From positions 256,001 through 320,000 of the forward strand of contig CAWBMV010000001.1 in NCBI GenBank assembly GCA_963789955.1: a DNA stretch of 64,000 bases. Reading direction: 5' to 3'. Below are positions 30,863 to 40,922 of the stretch, one piece after another. This DNA comes from an uncultured Candidatus Rokubacteria bacterium. GTDB taxonomy: Bacteria; Methylomirabilota; Methylomirabilia; Rokubacteriales; CSP1-6. Position 1 is the first letter of the stretch. Every line of letters starts with the position of its first letter. A model generated the notes under the pieces. It was given only the letters and a program-made list of their open reading frames with translations, ran no database searches and was not told the origin of the DNA. The translations under genes were made by a program, and so were the position numbers.

Positions 30863-31911
30863 ATGAGCCTCGTGAAGCGAGTCATCGCAGCCTTGCTGCT
30901 CACCGGCGCCGCGGCGCTGCTGCTGGCGTCCTCCACTCTCGCGCAAGAGCGGGTCGGAGTGGTGACGAACATCGAAGGGTTCGCGACGGTGGCGCGCGTG
31001 GCGCTGCCGGAACCCAAGCCGCTTCATTTCAAGGACGACCTCTTTCTCCGTGATCGCATCACGACCGGCGAGCGCTCGATCGTGCGCGTGCTGCTGGGCG
31101 GCAAAGCCACCGTCACCGCCCGCGAGCGCTCCGTGCTGACGATCACCGAGGTGCCGGGTGTCGCCACCATCAACCTCGGCGCCGGGCGCATCGCGGTCGC
31201 GGTCGCCAAGGGCCTGATGAAGCCGGGCGAGGTCATCGAGATCAAGACGCCGAACGCCGTCACGGCGATTCGCGGCACCGTCGTCATCGCCGAGGTCGAG
31301 CCGGCGCCCGAGGGCAACCAGTCGACGATCACGATCCTGCGCGGCCTGGTCGACGTGACGAAGCTCGATCCGGCCGGCACGCTCACCGGCCCCGCCGTGA
31401 AGGTCGGAGCTCTCGAGCGGGTGACAGTGGTCGACGCCCAGCCCGTGCCCGCGCCGCAGAAGATCACGCGGGATGCCGCGGCCCGGCTTGCCGCCGACTT
31501 CAGCTTGCGTGCCGAAGAATGCCCCCGCCGCCAGCGCCGAGGCGCTCTGCGCCGAGGTGAAGGACATCACGATGCGGGACGCGATGCAGATCATCGGCGC
31601 GGTGATTCCGACCCCGCCGACGGCGACGGCATGACCGGCCCGAGCAGCGCTCAACGCCGTGAGCCGGCGGCACGACGGGCGCGCTCGGTGCCGTGACCGG
31701 CGGCGTAACGGGCACCCTCGACGGCGTGACGGGTGCCGCGACCGGTGCGGTGACGGGTCTGACGAGCCCGGTGACTCAGACCGTCGCGCCGGTGGTCAAC
31801 CCGGTGACGAGCCCCGTGACGAATCTGGTGACGACGGTCACGAACACCGTGAACAACGTGACGAACCCGGCCACGAACCCCATCCTACCGGGTCTCTTGC
31901 GCAGGCCGTAG
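30863..31911 (+). CDS. Exported FecR-domain protein with a Thr/Val/Gly/Pro-rich tail (frameshifted after about 31505)
   Basis: Signal peptide, DRITTGERS, IKTPNAVTAIRGT and ITILRGLVDV (FecR). The low-complexity tail VTGGVTGTLDGVTG...VTNPATNP is in another frame, so the 3' end is uncertain. Confidence 0.75.
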
Positions 31912-32009
31912 CGGACGAGGATCGTCGTCGTCGTAGGACGCAGCTGAAGGGAAGTAGCGCTTCCCGTCGCCGGCTCATCCGGCGACGGGAAGATCCTGCC
32001 TCGGACGGT

Positions 32010-32882
32010 CTAGTTGGCTCCCGGGTAGAACGCGTCGCGGCCGCGCTGGTAGGTCCTCTGCTGCTGGGCCGCATTCCGAGAGACCAGCGGGCGCATGTAC
32101 ATCGGATGCGTCGCGCTGCGCACCTCGTGCTCGATGGTGAAGAGCACCTTCGAGGTCTCCGGATCGACGATGTCCTTGAACCGGTACTGGACGGGGTTCG
32201 ACTCCTCGCTGATGAGCCCGCGGTCCTTCAGCCACCGGTGCGGACCCGAGAAGTTCGTGACGTAGATCGCGATGTGATGGCCGTCGTACGGCACCTCGGG
32301 CTCGGTCGTCTCCCGGAAGATCAGGTGCTGCTTGGCGCCCACCTGCACCTTCGCCGAGGTGTTGCCGTTGAACGTGACGCTCGCGGGCGCGCCCATCGCG
32401 GTCTGGTAGAACTTCGCGATCCCGACGGCGGTGTTGGGCCGCACGGCGAACTCCACGTATGGAATGCCGAGGGTCATGTCGCCGAACTCGGGGCCCGGGG
32501 CGTGAAACCGCATCTTGTTGCCCCACGGGCAGGTGACGCTGACGTACTTGTCGTCGGCGGCGCACATGAACTTCGTCCCGCCCAGCTTCTCGCGCGCGCT
32601 CGTGAGCCGCATCTTCAGGCTCTCGAGATCCGGCACGACGAATCCGACGACGCCGCGGAGCACTTCCGGCTTCCCGGTCGGCATGTGGAACTGCTGCTGC
32701 CCGGCATTGATCCACATGTTCTCGGTGCCGGTCATGATGTACGGGTCACGCGTGAGCCCGAGGGCCGTCACGTAGAAGTTCGTCGCGACGATCTGGTCCG
32801 GGATCTTCACGTTGACGTGCTCGAGCAGCACGATGTTGCCGATGTCCTCTGCGCTTCGATCGAACACCCTGTCGCCTGGCAT
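32010..32882 (-). CDS. Glyoxalase/VOC-like hypothetical protein
   Basis: LEHVNVKIPDQ..FY..LGL, QQFHMP and DGHHIAIY; SD GGAGG. Confidence 0.7.
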   Translation of the reverse strand: MPGDRVFDRSAEDIGNIVLLEHVNVKIPDQIVATNFYVTALGLTRDPYIMTGTENMWINAGQQQFHMPTGKPEVLRGVVGFVVPDLESLKMRLTSAREKLGGTKFMCAADDKYVSVTCPWGNKMRFHAPGPEFGDMTLGIPYVEFAVRPNTAVGIAKFYQTAMGAPASVTFNGNTSAKVQVGAKQHLIFRETTEPEVPYDGHHIAIYVTNFSGPHRWLKDRGLISEESNPVQYRFKDIVDPETSKVLFTIEHEVRSATHPMYMRPLVSRNAAQQQRTYQRGRDAFYPGAN

Positions 32883-32960
32883 TGTTGGCCCCCTCCGTCT
32901 TGGCCCCCCGTCATGGGACGCTCAGGCGTAGGATATCTCGAATTTCAAGGGGAGGGCGAG

Positions 32961-34007
32961 ATGGAATTCGGCCTGTTCACGGAGTTCGCGAGCCCGCCGG
33001 GGGTGAGCGAGGCGGCGGCGTTCGACGAATCGCTCGGCCAGATGCAGGCGGCCGAGGACATGGGCTTCGACACCGTCTGGCTCGCCGAGATCCATTTCCA
33101 GAAAGATCGATCGGTACTTGCGTCGCCCCTGGTGATCGCCGCAGCACTCGCCGCCCGCACGCGGCGCGTCAAGATCGGGATCGCCGTTCAGGTCCTCCCG
33201 TTGAGCCACCCACTACGGCTGGCGGAAGACGTCGCGACGGTGGACCACATCTCGAAGGGAAGGCTGGAGTTCGGCGTAGGGCGCAGCGGTTTGCCCGGGC
33301 ACTACCAGGGCTTCAATATCCCGTACAGCGAGAGCCGCGACCGGTTCCTCGAGACGCTCGACATCCTGACGAAGGCCTGGACCCAGGAGCGCTTCTCGCA
33401 CCAGGGGAAGTACTTCCAGTTCCAGGACGTCTGCGTCATGCCGAAGCCGTACCAGAAGCCGCACCCGCCCATCCGCATCGCCGCGACCACTCCCGAGACG
33501 TACCCGCTGGTGGGACGGCTCGGCGCGCCGGTCTTCGTCGCCGTGCGCACGGTCTCGCTGTCGGATCTCAAGCGCCATCTGCCGACGTATCAGGCGGCGT
33601 GGACGGCGTCGGGCCACGCGGGGCGCGGCGACGTCGGTGTGAGCATGCCGCTCTACGTGGCCGAGACCGCGCGCCAGGCGCGCGAGGAGCCCGAGGCGAG
33701 CACGATGGGTTTCTTTCGCTCGATCAGCAAAGCGCTGAAGAAGTCCGACGGCGCGACCGCGCAGACGGCGGAGCGGCGCGAGGAACGGGCGAACCGCTTG
33801 GCGGAGATCACGTACGACGAGGTGCTCGCCGACTACGCGGTCGTGGGAACGCCCGAAGAAGTCACCGAGCGGCTGCTGGAGCTGCGTGAGGACATGGGAT
33901 TTTCGACGCTCTCGCTGTGGATGAATCCCGGCGGACAGATTCCGAATGAGCGCGTGATGAAATCGATGCGGCTCTTCGCCGAGCACGTCGCGCCCCGGCT
34001 CGCCTAG
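32961..34007 (+). CDS. LLM-class flavin-dependent oxidoreductase
   Basis: MEFGLF, GFDTVWLAEIHF, HPLRLAEDVATVD and PKPYQKPHPPI; SD GGAGG. Confidence 0.93.
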   Translation: MEFGLFTEFASPPGVSEAAAFDESLGQMQAAEDMGFDTVWLAEIHFQKDRSVLASPLVIAAALAARTRRVKIGIAVQVLPLSHPLRLAEDVATVDHISKGRLEFGVGRSGLPGHYQGFNIPYSESRDRFLETLDILTKAWTQERFSHQGKYFQFQDVCVMPKPYQKPHPPIRIAATTPETYPLVGRLGAPVFVAVRTVSLSDLKRHLPTYQAAWTASGHAGRGDVGVSMPLYVAETARQAREEPEASTMGFFRSISKALKKSDGATAQTAERREERANRLAEITYDEVLADYAVVGTPEEVTERLLELREDMGFSTLSLWMNPGGQIPNERVMKSMRLFAEHVAPRLA

Positions 34008-34034
34008 GCCGTCGCCGCCGAGCGTCGCGGCCGC

Positions 34035-34964
34035 TCAGTCCCAGAGGCGGGTGGAGAAGTAGCGCTCGCCGATGTCGTTGAAGAGGGTCACGAAGCGGCC
34101 ACGGCCGGTTCGTCGGGCGACTCGCTCGACGCCGGCCATGTAGGCGCCCGACGACTGGCCCACGAAAAATCCGGCCGCCGCGAGCCGCACGCACATTCGA
34201 TACGCTTCGTCGACGGTGACGGGCACGCGCTCGTCGATCAGCTTCTCGTCGAGGATCGCCGGCACGATGTCCTCGGCGCGTCCGAGCGGCTTGAGCCCTT
34301 CGACTCCGGGAAAGGCTTCGGGGATCACGCAGATCAGCCGGATCGCCGGATCGTGCTCCTTGAGACGCCGTCCGAGGCCGGTGAGCGTGCCGCCGGTGCC
34401 GACGCCGACGACGACGTGGGTCACGCGACCGCCGGTCTGCTGCAGGATCTCGACCGCCGTCGTCTCGTAATGCGCGCGCCAGTTGTCCTGGTTGCTGTAC
34501 TGATCGCAGAAGAAGTAGTAGTCGGGATCGGCCTCGAAGCGGCGGCGCACTTCCCGGAGCGCCTCGTCGTAGCCGAGCAGCGCGTCCGTGAAGGTGAGCC
34601 GCGCGCCATGCGCGAGCATCCGCTTCTTGCGCTCGGCGCTCGCGTTGTTGGGGATCACGATCTCGACGGGCACGCCGATGATCCGGCCGATCATCGCGTA
34701 GGCGATGCCGGCGTTGCCCGACGAGCTGTCGAGCACGGTCTTGCCCGGCTTGAGGTGCCCGTCGTCGAGCGCGCCGAGCAGCATGCGCAGCACGGGCCGG
34801 TCCTTGAGCGAGCCGCCCGGGTTCAGCGACTCCAGCTTCGCGAACACGTCGACGTCCGGCAGGTCGCGGCGCAGGACGTCCACCGGAACCAGCGGCGTGT
34901 TGCCCACCGCCCGCAGCACGGGGTAGCGATCGACCAGCGCCTGGATGCGAGGATCCCAGGGCAT
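34035..34964 (-). CDS. cysM: PLP-dependent cysteine synthase (CysM-like)
   Basis: VGNTPL, AKLESLNPGGSLKDR (PLP Lys), SSGNAG, GVGTGGT and ERYFST. The start could be 34964 or 35006. Confidence 0.85.
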   Translation of the reverse strand: MPWDPRIQALVDRYPVLRAVGNTPLVPVDVLRRDLPDVDVFAKLESLNPGGSLKDRPVLRMLLGALDDGHLKPGKTVLDSSSGNAGIAYAMIGRIIGVPVEIVIPNNASAERKKRMLAHGARLTFTDALLGYDEALREVRRRFEADPDYYFFCDQYSNQDNWRAHYETTAVEILQQTGGRVTHVVVGVGTGGTLTGLGRRLKEHDPAIRLICVIPEAFPGVEGLKPLGRAEDIVPAILDEKLIDERVPVTVDEAYRMCVRLAAAGFFVGQSSGAYMAGVERVARRTGRGRFVTLFNDIGERYFSTRLWD

Positions 34965-35131
34965 GGCGCCTAGCCGATCCGGCGGGAAGAAGTCATGGGA
35001 GGCCATTCTAACGTCACTGGCAAGTTTGGCGCTGAAGCGCGGCGGGTTGTCCACGCCGATGCCCATGCGACCAAGGTCGGATTGCCGAGCGCGGCGACCG
35101 GTGGGATCGTGATCGCCGCACCGTGATCCCG

Positions 35132-35530
35132 ATGCCTCGCGCGCTTCGACTCGTCGTGCTGACGCTCTCGGCCGCAGCTCTGGCCGCCTGCGCGACCGTT
35201 GACGTGCAGTCCACGGAGTATATCGGCGCGCCACGCTACCAGCCGACCGACCCGAAGAGTGTCCAGATCCTACGGGCCGAGCCGAAGGCCCCGCACGATC
35301 GCCTCGGCGAGGTCATGGTGGACGCGAGCACCGATCCGCCGCCGCCCGTCACCGAGATCGAGCAGAAGCTCGCTCAGGCGGCGGCCAAGATGGGTGCCAA
35401 CGCGGTGGTCGTCGTGCTCGACCGGGTCCAGCCGGTCGCCGCCTACGTCACCGGACCGTACTGGGGCCGGAGCATCGAATCGGTCTCGGGACGCAAGGTC
35501 ATCGGCGTCGCGATCCGCTTCCGGCAGTAA
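35132..35530 (+). CDS. Hypothetical lipoprotein
   Basis: Lipobox LAAC; AAAKMGANAVV (YbjQ/dodecin-like pattern). Confidence 0.75.
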   Translation: MPRALRLVVLTLSAAALAACATVDVQSTEYIGAPRYQPTDPKSVQILRAEPKAPHDRLGEVMVDASTDPPPPVTEIEQKLAQAAAKMGANAVVVVLDRVQPVAAYVTGPYWGRSIESVSGRKVIGVAIRFRQ

Positions 35531-35619
35531 GAGCGATTTCGACTGGCCCGCCGTGCCGCCGTGATGCGCGGCGCCCAGGGTCGGTGGGCGCCGCGCGATT
35601 CCGTTGACCGATTCCGGTT

Positions 35620-36013
35620 CTACTCCTTGGCGTACTTGAATTCGGGGGCGGCCTTCAAGGCGTCCTTGGTCGCGCCTTTCAGGACGATCTTGCCCATCTG
35701 CTGCTTGCAACTTCGACACCGGGACGGCGACGTCGCGCTCGCCCACGCCGAGGAACCCGCCGACGCCGACGATCGCGTACGACACCGACTTGTTGGGCGC
35801 CACGATCAGATCGCTGATCTCGCCGATCTTGTCGCCGGTGTCGTTGTAGACGTCCTTTCCGAGAATCTGCTTCTTCGCGCTCCAGCCCTTCGCGACTTCT
35901 TTTACCTCCGATACCGAGACGCTGACCACGCTCGAGCCGGCAGTCTGCGCCACCGAGTCGGCCGCCGCGGCTGCGACGACGAGGCTCATGAGCACCACGA
36001 CTACTGTTTTCAC
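35620..36013 (-). CDS. Exported PRC-barrel domain protein (frameshift near 35705)
   Basis: SAKKQILGKDVYNDTGDKIGEISDLIV, VGVGGFLGVGERDVAVP, and in the next frame GATKDALKAAPEF; SD CAGGAGG. Confidence 0.88.
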
Positions 36014-36109
36014 CGCGTTCCTCCTGTCAGATGGTATTCGATCGGGTGTTCGGGCCAACACGCGGGCCCCCGGTACGAAGGACTACGCTTCTCTGGGTGA
36101 GGTGGGAAC

Positions 36110-36123
36110 TGGACCTTAGTCCA
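36110..36123. promoter_or_regulatory. Palindromic site TGGAC-CTTA-GTCCA (candidate regulator box)
   Basis: Perfect palindrome arms in a divergent intergenic region; the motif recurs at other intergenic sites between 39 and 52 kb. Confidence 0.65.
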
Positions 36124-36181
36124 ATCGTCGACACGCTTTGCGGGTGATGACGACTTCGCGATCGGAGTAGGCTGAAGCATC

Positions 36182-36874
36182 GTGGCAAGACGCGGGCGCG
36201 CGCCGATCGTCGCCGTCGTGGCCGGACTCCTGTTCGGCTGCACGCCGCTCTACATCTGGGACATCAACACCACGTCCACGGCCAGGCCTCCGTCGTTCGA
36301 CGTCGGCGAGCTCTCGCGCGAGCCGGTGGCAACCCCTGGTCTCGTCGCCCCCGCCGCGCTCCAGGGATTGAGCACGGCGCTGTCTCACGCGCTCGTCGCC
36401 GCGCTCGCCAACGCGTCTCCGCCCATCCGCTCGATTCCGGCCCGCGAGATCGCGAACGCACTCAACGATCAGGGGCTCGCGACCGCGTACGCCGAGCTGC
36501 TGGAGGGCTTCGCCCGCACCGGCATCATGGATCGTGAGCGGCTGCAGCGAATCGGATCGGCGCTGGGCTTCCGCTATCTGCTGCTTCCGGGGCTGGCGCA
36601 GCTCGATCACGTCATCCTGGACAGGTTCGAGATCGCCGGCATCAAGGTGATCAGGACTCGCGTGACGGTTCTGCGCGTGTGGCTGCAGCTGTGGGACACG
36701 CGGACGGGCCACATTCTCTGGGAGTCGGCCGGGGAGGTCGCCACCGCGAGCGAGGTGTTGAGACACGACCGGGTCGTCCCGATCGACGAGACCGCCGAAA
36801 AGTTGTGGCGCCGCATGATCCAGCACGACTTGCTCGAGGGCGGGACCGGGTCACGGTCCATCTTCGACCTCTGA
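36182..36874 (+). CDS. Hypothetical lipoprotein
   Basis: Lipobox LFGC; LQLWDTRTGHILWE (CsgG/LpoB-like C-terminal pattern). Confidence 0.75.
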   Translation: MARRGRAPIVAVVAGLLFGCTPLYIWDINTTSTARPPSFDVGELSREPVATPGLVAPAALQGLSTALSHALVAALANASPPIRSIPAREIANALNDQGLATAYAELLEGFARTGIMDRERLQRIGSALGFRYLLLPGLAQLDHVILDRFEIAGIKVIRTRVTVLRVWLQLWDTRTGHILWESAGEVATASEVLRHDRVVPIDETAEKLWRRMIQHDLLEGGTGSRSIFDL

Positions 36875-36905
36875 ACGCCTGTCGTGATCGAAAGGGAGCC
36901 AAGTG

Positions 36906-38613
36906 ATGCGGAAAGCCGTGTGCTGTCGGGTCCTTGGCTTCGCCGTCATCGTGGCGACGCTCGTCGTCGCATCGCCGGCGGCGCCGGCTGACCACGACGG
37001 GCGCCAAGTCCGCGCCCGTCGCGACAGCGCCGCCGCCAGTCGACGAGCTCGGACGCGGCACCCCTCAAAGCGCGCTGCGCGGCTTTCTCGACGCCGCAGC
37101 CCTTCACAACTATCGTCGCGCCGCGAGCTATCTCGACTTGCGGCGCATCCCCGCTGCCGACGTCGCGGCACGCGGACCCGAGCTGGCGCGTCAGCTCCGG
37201 GTCGTGCTCGACAACACGCGGTTCGATCTCGGGGCGATCTCGGACGAGCCGGAGGGACGCCCGGAGACCGGCTTGGCATCGAACCGCGAGCTCATCGGGC
37301 GGGTCGAGACCGACAAAGGAACGTTCTCGCTCCTCATGGAGCGGGTGCCCCGCGACGACGGCGTCCCGATCTGGCAGTTCTCGAACGTCACCGTCTCGCG
37401 GATCCCCGATCTCTACAAGAACCTGACCTACGGCATCGTCGGCGAGCGGCTGCCGCCGTTCCTCGTCGAGACGCGAGTGCTCCGGCTCGCGCTGTGGCAG
37501 TGGATCGGGCTCCTGATCCTGCTCGGAGTGTCCGCGCTCGTCGCGTGTCTCGTCGTTCGCCCCGGGCTGCCGCTGACGCGTCGGGTGGCGATCCGCGCGG
37601 GCTTCGACGTCACCGATCCCGCCTTCGGCCGAGCGCTCTCGCCCCTGCGCGGGCTGGTCGGGCTCGTCGCGTTCAAGATCGGCGAATCCAGCCTCGCGCT
37701 GCCGGTGGCCGTCCAGCCCATCGTGGTCGGCATCCAGAAGTTCGTGCTCGTCATCATCATGAGCTGGCTCGCCCTGCGTCTCATCGAGGTATCGAGCCAG
37801 CTCGTCCGGCGGCGACTGCTCCGGCGCCAGGAGCCCCCGAGCCAGCCGGTCATCGACTTCATCCAGCGCGGGCTCAAGATCGTGGTGACGGTCATGGCGG
37901 CCCTGATGCTCCTCGAAGCGGTGGGCGTCCAGGTCAGCGCGCTGATCGCGGCGATCGGTGTCGGCGGCATCGGGATCGCGCTGGCCGCCCAGCGCACCGT
38001 GGAGAATCTCTTCGGAGGGCTCGCGGTGGTCGGCGACCAGCCTGTCCAGGTGGGTGACTTCTGCCGCTTCGGCGACCAGCAGGGGACCGTCGAGCGGATC
38101 GGCCTGTGGTCCACGCGCGTACGTACGCCCGAACGCTCGGTGATCACGATCCCCAACGCCAAGTTCCTCGACCTGCAGGTAGAGAACCTTCAGGAGCGGG
38201 ATCGCATCCTGTTCAACACGACCCTGCGCTTGCGTTACGAGACGTCACCGGACCAGCTTCGCTGGGTCCTCGTCCGCGTCCGGGCCTTGCTCGACGCGCA
38301 TCCTCGGGTCGACCCCGACACCTCGCGCGTGCGATTCAGCGGCTTCGGCGTGAGCTCGCTCGACGTCGAGCTCTTCGTCTACGTTCGCACCCGGGAGCTG
38401 AGCGAGTTTCTGGCGGTCCGCGAGCATCTCTGTCTGCACGTGATGGATGTCGTCTCGAGCGCCGGGACGGCATTCGCCACGCCGGCGCAGACCAACTACA
38501 ACGGCGCCCTCGGTCTCGACGCGGAGCGGGCCGGCGCCGCGGCCGCCGAGGTGCAGCGCTGGCGTACCGAGGGCAAGCTTCCCCTGCCGGAATTCCCGCT
38601 CAAGACGCGGTGA
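36906..38613 (+). CDS. MscS-family mechanosensitive channel with a periplasmic N-terminal domain (frameshift near 36990)
   Basis: DELGRGTPQS, GVGGIGIALAAQRTVENLFGG, DQPVQVGDFC, GTVERIGLWSTRVRT and TIPNA. Confidence 0.9.
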
Positions 38614-38879
38614 GGGCGAGCACGACCGCCGCTGGTCGTCGGGCGCCGGGCGACCTCGACGCAGCTTCTCATCGGTCAAGAGCCCGAGCAGGTACCGGTC
38701 CTGGCGGCCGAGCCGGCCCGGCGCCGCGGTGCGCGCGACGAGGCTCGGATGACGCCGCGTGCAACTCGCGCACGCGCGTCATGAGCATCGGCAACCGACC
38801 CTCCACGGTCGGCGGAAGAACCGCCGAAGCAGCGTCGAGCGCGCTTCGTCTGTTTCTTCGGCGGCCTGCTCCGCGCGGC

Positions 38880-39506
38880 CTATTTCTTCGCGGGTTTGTC
38901 GAGCGACACGGCGAGTGCCTGCATGTAAGTGATTTCGACCAGATCTCCGACCTTGACGAGGTCGAGGTTCTTCGGGTCCTTCGCCTTGACGGTCTCCGTG
39001 TTGCCGTCGGGACCCTTGATCGTGACGGTGTGGGCCTTCTTGTCGATCGCGGTGATCGTGGCGGTCACGGTGACTTCCTGGCCGATGGCGCCGGCCGGCG
39101 TCTCGCCGGGCTTCGAGCTCACGCGGCTCTCCTGAACCGCGGTGCCCGGCGTCGCGGTGCCCGGCTTCTTGATCTGGAACGCGACCGCCTCCATGTAGGT
39201 GGCCACGACGGGATCGCCGACCTTGATCACCTCGAACTTCTGGGGATCCTTCACCTCGAGGGTGATGGTGCGGCCTTTGGGCCCTTTGAGCGTGACGGTG
39301 CTCTTTTCCTTGTCGATGGCGGCGATGGTTCCCTTGACGGTCACGGCCCGCCCCTGGGAGCGCCCAAGCGGTTTGTCGGTGGCCGCCGGCGCCTTCTCGG
39401 TCCCCGACGTCTGGGCGAGTCTCAGCGCGTCAGCGTCGACCGCGGGCGACTGAGCGCACATCAGAATGCCGGCGATTGCAGTGAATGTCGTCACCTTCAG
39501 GCTCAT
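38880..39506 (-). CDS. Exported protein with two tandem OB-fold-like repeats
   Basis: Signal peptide; repeated TITAIDK..TVT(L/I)KGP.G...VKVGD.V..TY unit; SD CAGGAGG; paralog of 53029-53613. Confidence 0.8.
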   Translation of the reverse strand: MSLKVTTFTAIAGILMCAQSPAVDADALRLAQTSGTEKAPAATDKPLGRSQGRAVTVKGTIAAIDKEKSTVTLKGPKGRTITLEVKDPQKFEVIKVGDPVVATYMEAVAFQIKKPGTATPGTAVQESRVSSKPGETPAGAIGQEVTVTATITAIDKKAHTVTIKGPDGNTETVKAKDPKNLDLVKVGDLVEITYMQALAVSLDKPAKK

Positions 39507-39613
39507 GTGAGGCCCTCCTGGTGCTCAGGGTATGACGAGTGGACGAATCGGCCATGAGACCTAGGTCCAGTGTCCGGCGGCAGTCAGCGACGAGAAGGGA
39601 CGGGGGAGCGGGC

Positions 39614-40036
39614 TCAGGCCCGCGGGTGATCTTCGGTGCCGGCCGGCGCGCCGACACGGCCCATCACATTCGCGATCGCCTCGAGCAACAGCTCGTCGTG
39701 GAGTGGCTTGCAGAGATACGCGCCGGCCCCGGCGCCCAGGCACCTGGCCCGTGCCTCCGGCTCGTCGTGGGCGGTGATGATGATCGTCGGGAACTGCACC
39801 CCGGCCGCCGTGAGCGCTCGCTGAATCTCGAGCCCGGTCAGGCCGGGCATCTGAAGGTCGAGGATCAGGCAGTCAGGGTGGCGCCCTCTCAGGGCATCGA
39901 GGAACTCCTGTCCGGAGGCGTAGGCCACGGCGTCGAGGTCGGCTGCCATCAACAGGCGCCGAAGGGACTTTCGGATCGATTCCTCATCGTCGACGATGGC
40001 AACGAGCGGTCGGGTGAGGCTCAGGTGGCTGATCAT
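39614..40036 (-). CDS. Single-domain response regulator (receiver only)
   Basis: AIVDDEES, CLILDLQMPG, IITAHD and YLCKP. Confidence 0.9.
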   Translation of the reverse strand: MISHLSLTRPLVAIVDDEESIRKSLRRLLMAADLDAVAYASGQEFLDALRGRHPDCLILDLQMPGLTGLEIQRALTAAGVQFPTIIITAHDEPEARARCLGAGAGAYLCKPLHDELLLEAIANVMGRVGAPAGTEDHPRA

Positions 40037-40196
40037 GAGACCCTGCAAACGATAGTAGCAAACGTGTACCCTAGTCCACGCGCTGGACCAAAGTCGGATT
40101 GCCCTGGGGCTCAGGACCCCATACCTTTGAGCGGCTGAGCTGACCCCGGGTAAAGGGTCCGCAAGGCCGATACCAACGAGGTGGCGAGCGGAGCCC

Positions 40197-40892
40197 ATGT
40201 CGATGTCGATCACCCCGAATCCACCGTCGAGTCGCGAAGCGTCGACGGCTCCCGCGGGGCCGCAAGGCGAGCCACTCGAACAGCCGATCGTCTTCGTGAT
40301 CGACGACGACGACTCGGTGCGGCGCTCGCTCGAGCGCCTGCTCCGGTCGGTCGATCTCGAAGTCGAGACCTTCGCTTCGGCTCAAGACTTTCTCCGCAAG
40401 CCGATGCCGGATCGGCCGGCGTGTGTCGTGCTCGACCTGCGGCTACCGGGTCCGAGCGGCCTCGAGCTCCAGGAAAGCCTGATCCGGTCCGGCCATGACG
40501 TCCCGATCGTCTTCATCAGCGGTCACGCCGACGTGCCCTCGAGCGTGCGCGCCATCAAGGCGGGCGCGATCGATTTCCTCCAGAAGCCGTTCGGCGACCA
40601 GGCCCTGCTCGACATCATCCACGGCGCGCTGCAGCGCGATCGCGAGGCACGGCGAGATCGGGCGGAGGTCGCCACCATCCGCGGGCGGTTCGACACGCTC
40701 ACGCCTCGAGAGCGCGACGTGCTCCGGCTCGTCATTCAGGGGCGACTCAACAAGCAGATCGCGGGCGATCTCGGCATCAGCGAGAAGACGGTGAAGTTCC
40801 ACCGCGGCCGCGTGATGGAGAAGACGCAAGCCGGATCGGTCGCCGAGCTGGTCCGCCAGGCCGACCGGCTGGGGCTTCGTCCCGGCGAGTGA
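40197..40892 (+). CDS. FixJ/TodT/NodW-family response regulator (REC + LuxR HTH)
   Basis: VIDDDDSVR, VLDLRLPG, DFLQKPF, LTPRERDV and NKQIAGDLGISEKTVKFHRGRVMEK. Confidence 0.94.
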   Translation: MSMSITPNPPSSREASTAPAGPQGEPLEQPIVFVIDDDDSVRRSLERLLRSVDLEVETFASAQDFLRKPMPDRPACVVLDLRLPGPSGLELQESLIRSGHDVPIVFISGHADVPSSVRAIKAGAIDFLQKPFGDQALLDIIHGALQRDREARRDRAEVATIRGRFDTLTPRERDVLRLVIQGRLNKQIAGDLGISEKTVKFHRGRVMEKTQAGSVAELVRQADRLGLRPGE

Positions 40893-40922
40893 CCGCGGGA
40901 TCCGCCGGCCCAGTCGACGCGG

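Noticed and set aside
38614..38810. Possible short minus-strand gene remnant with SD GGAGG near 38800
   Set aside because: No coherent frame or recognisable domain.
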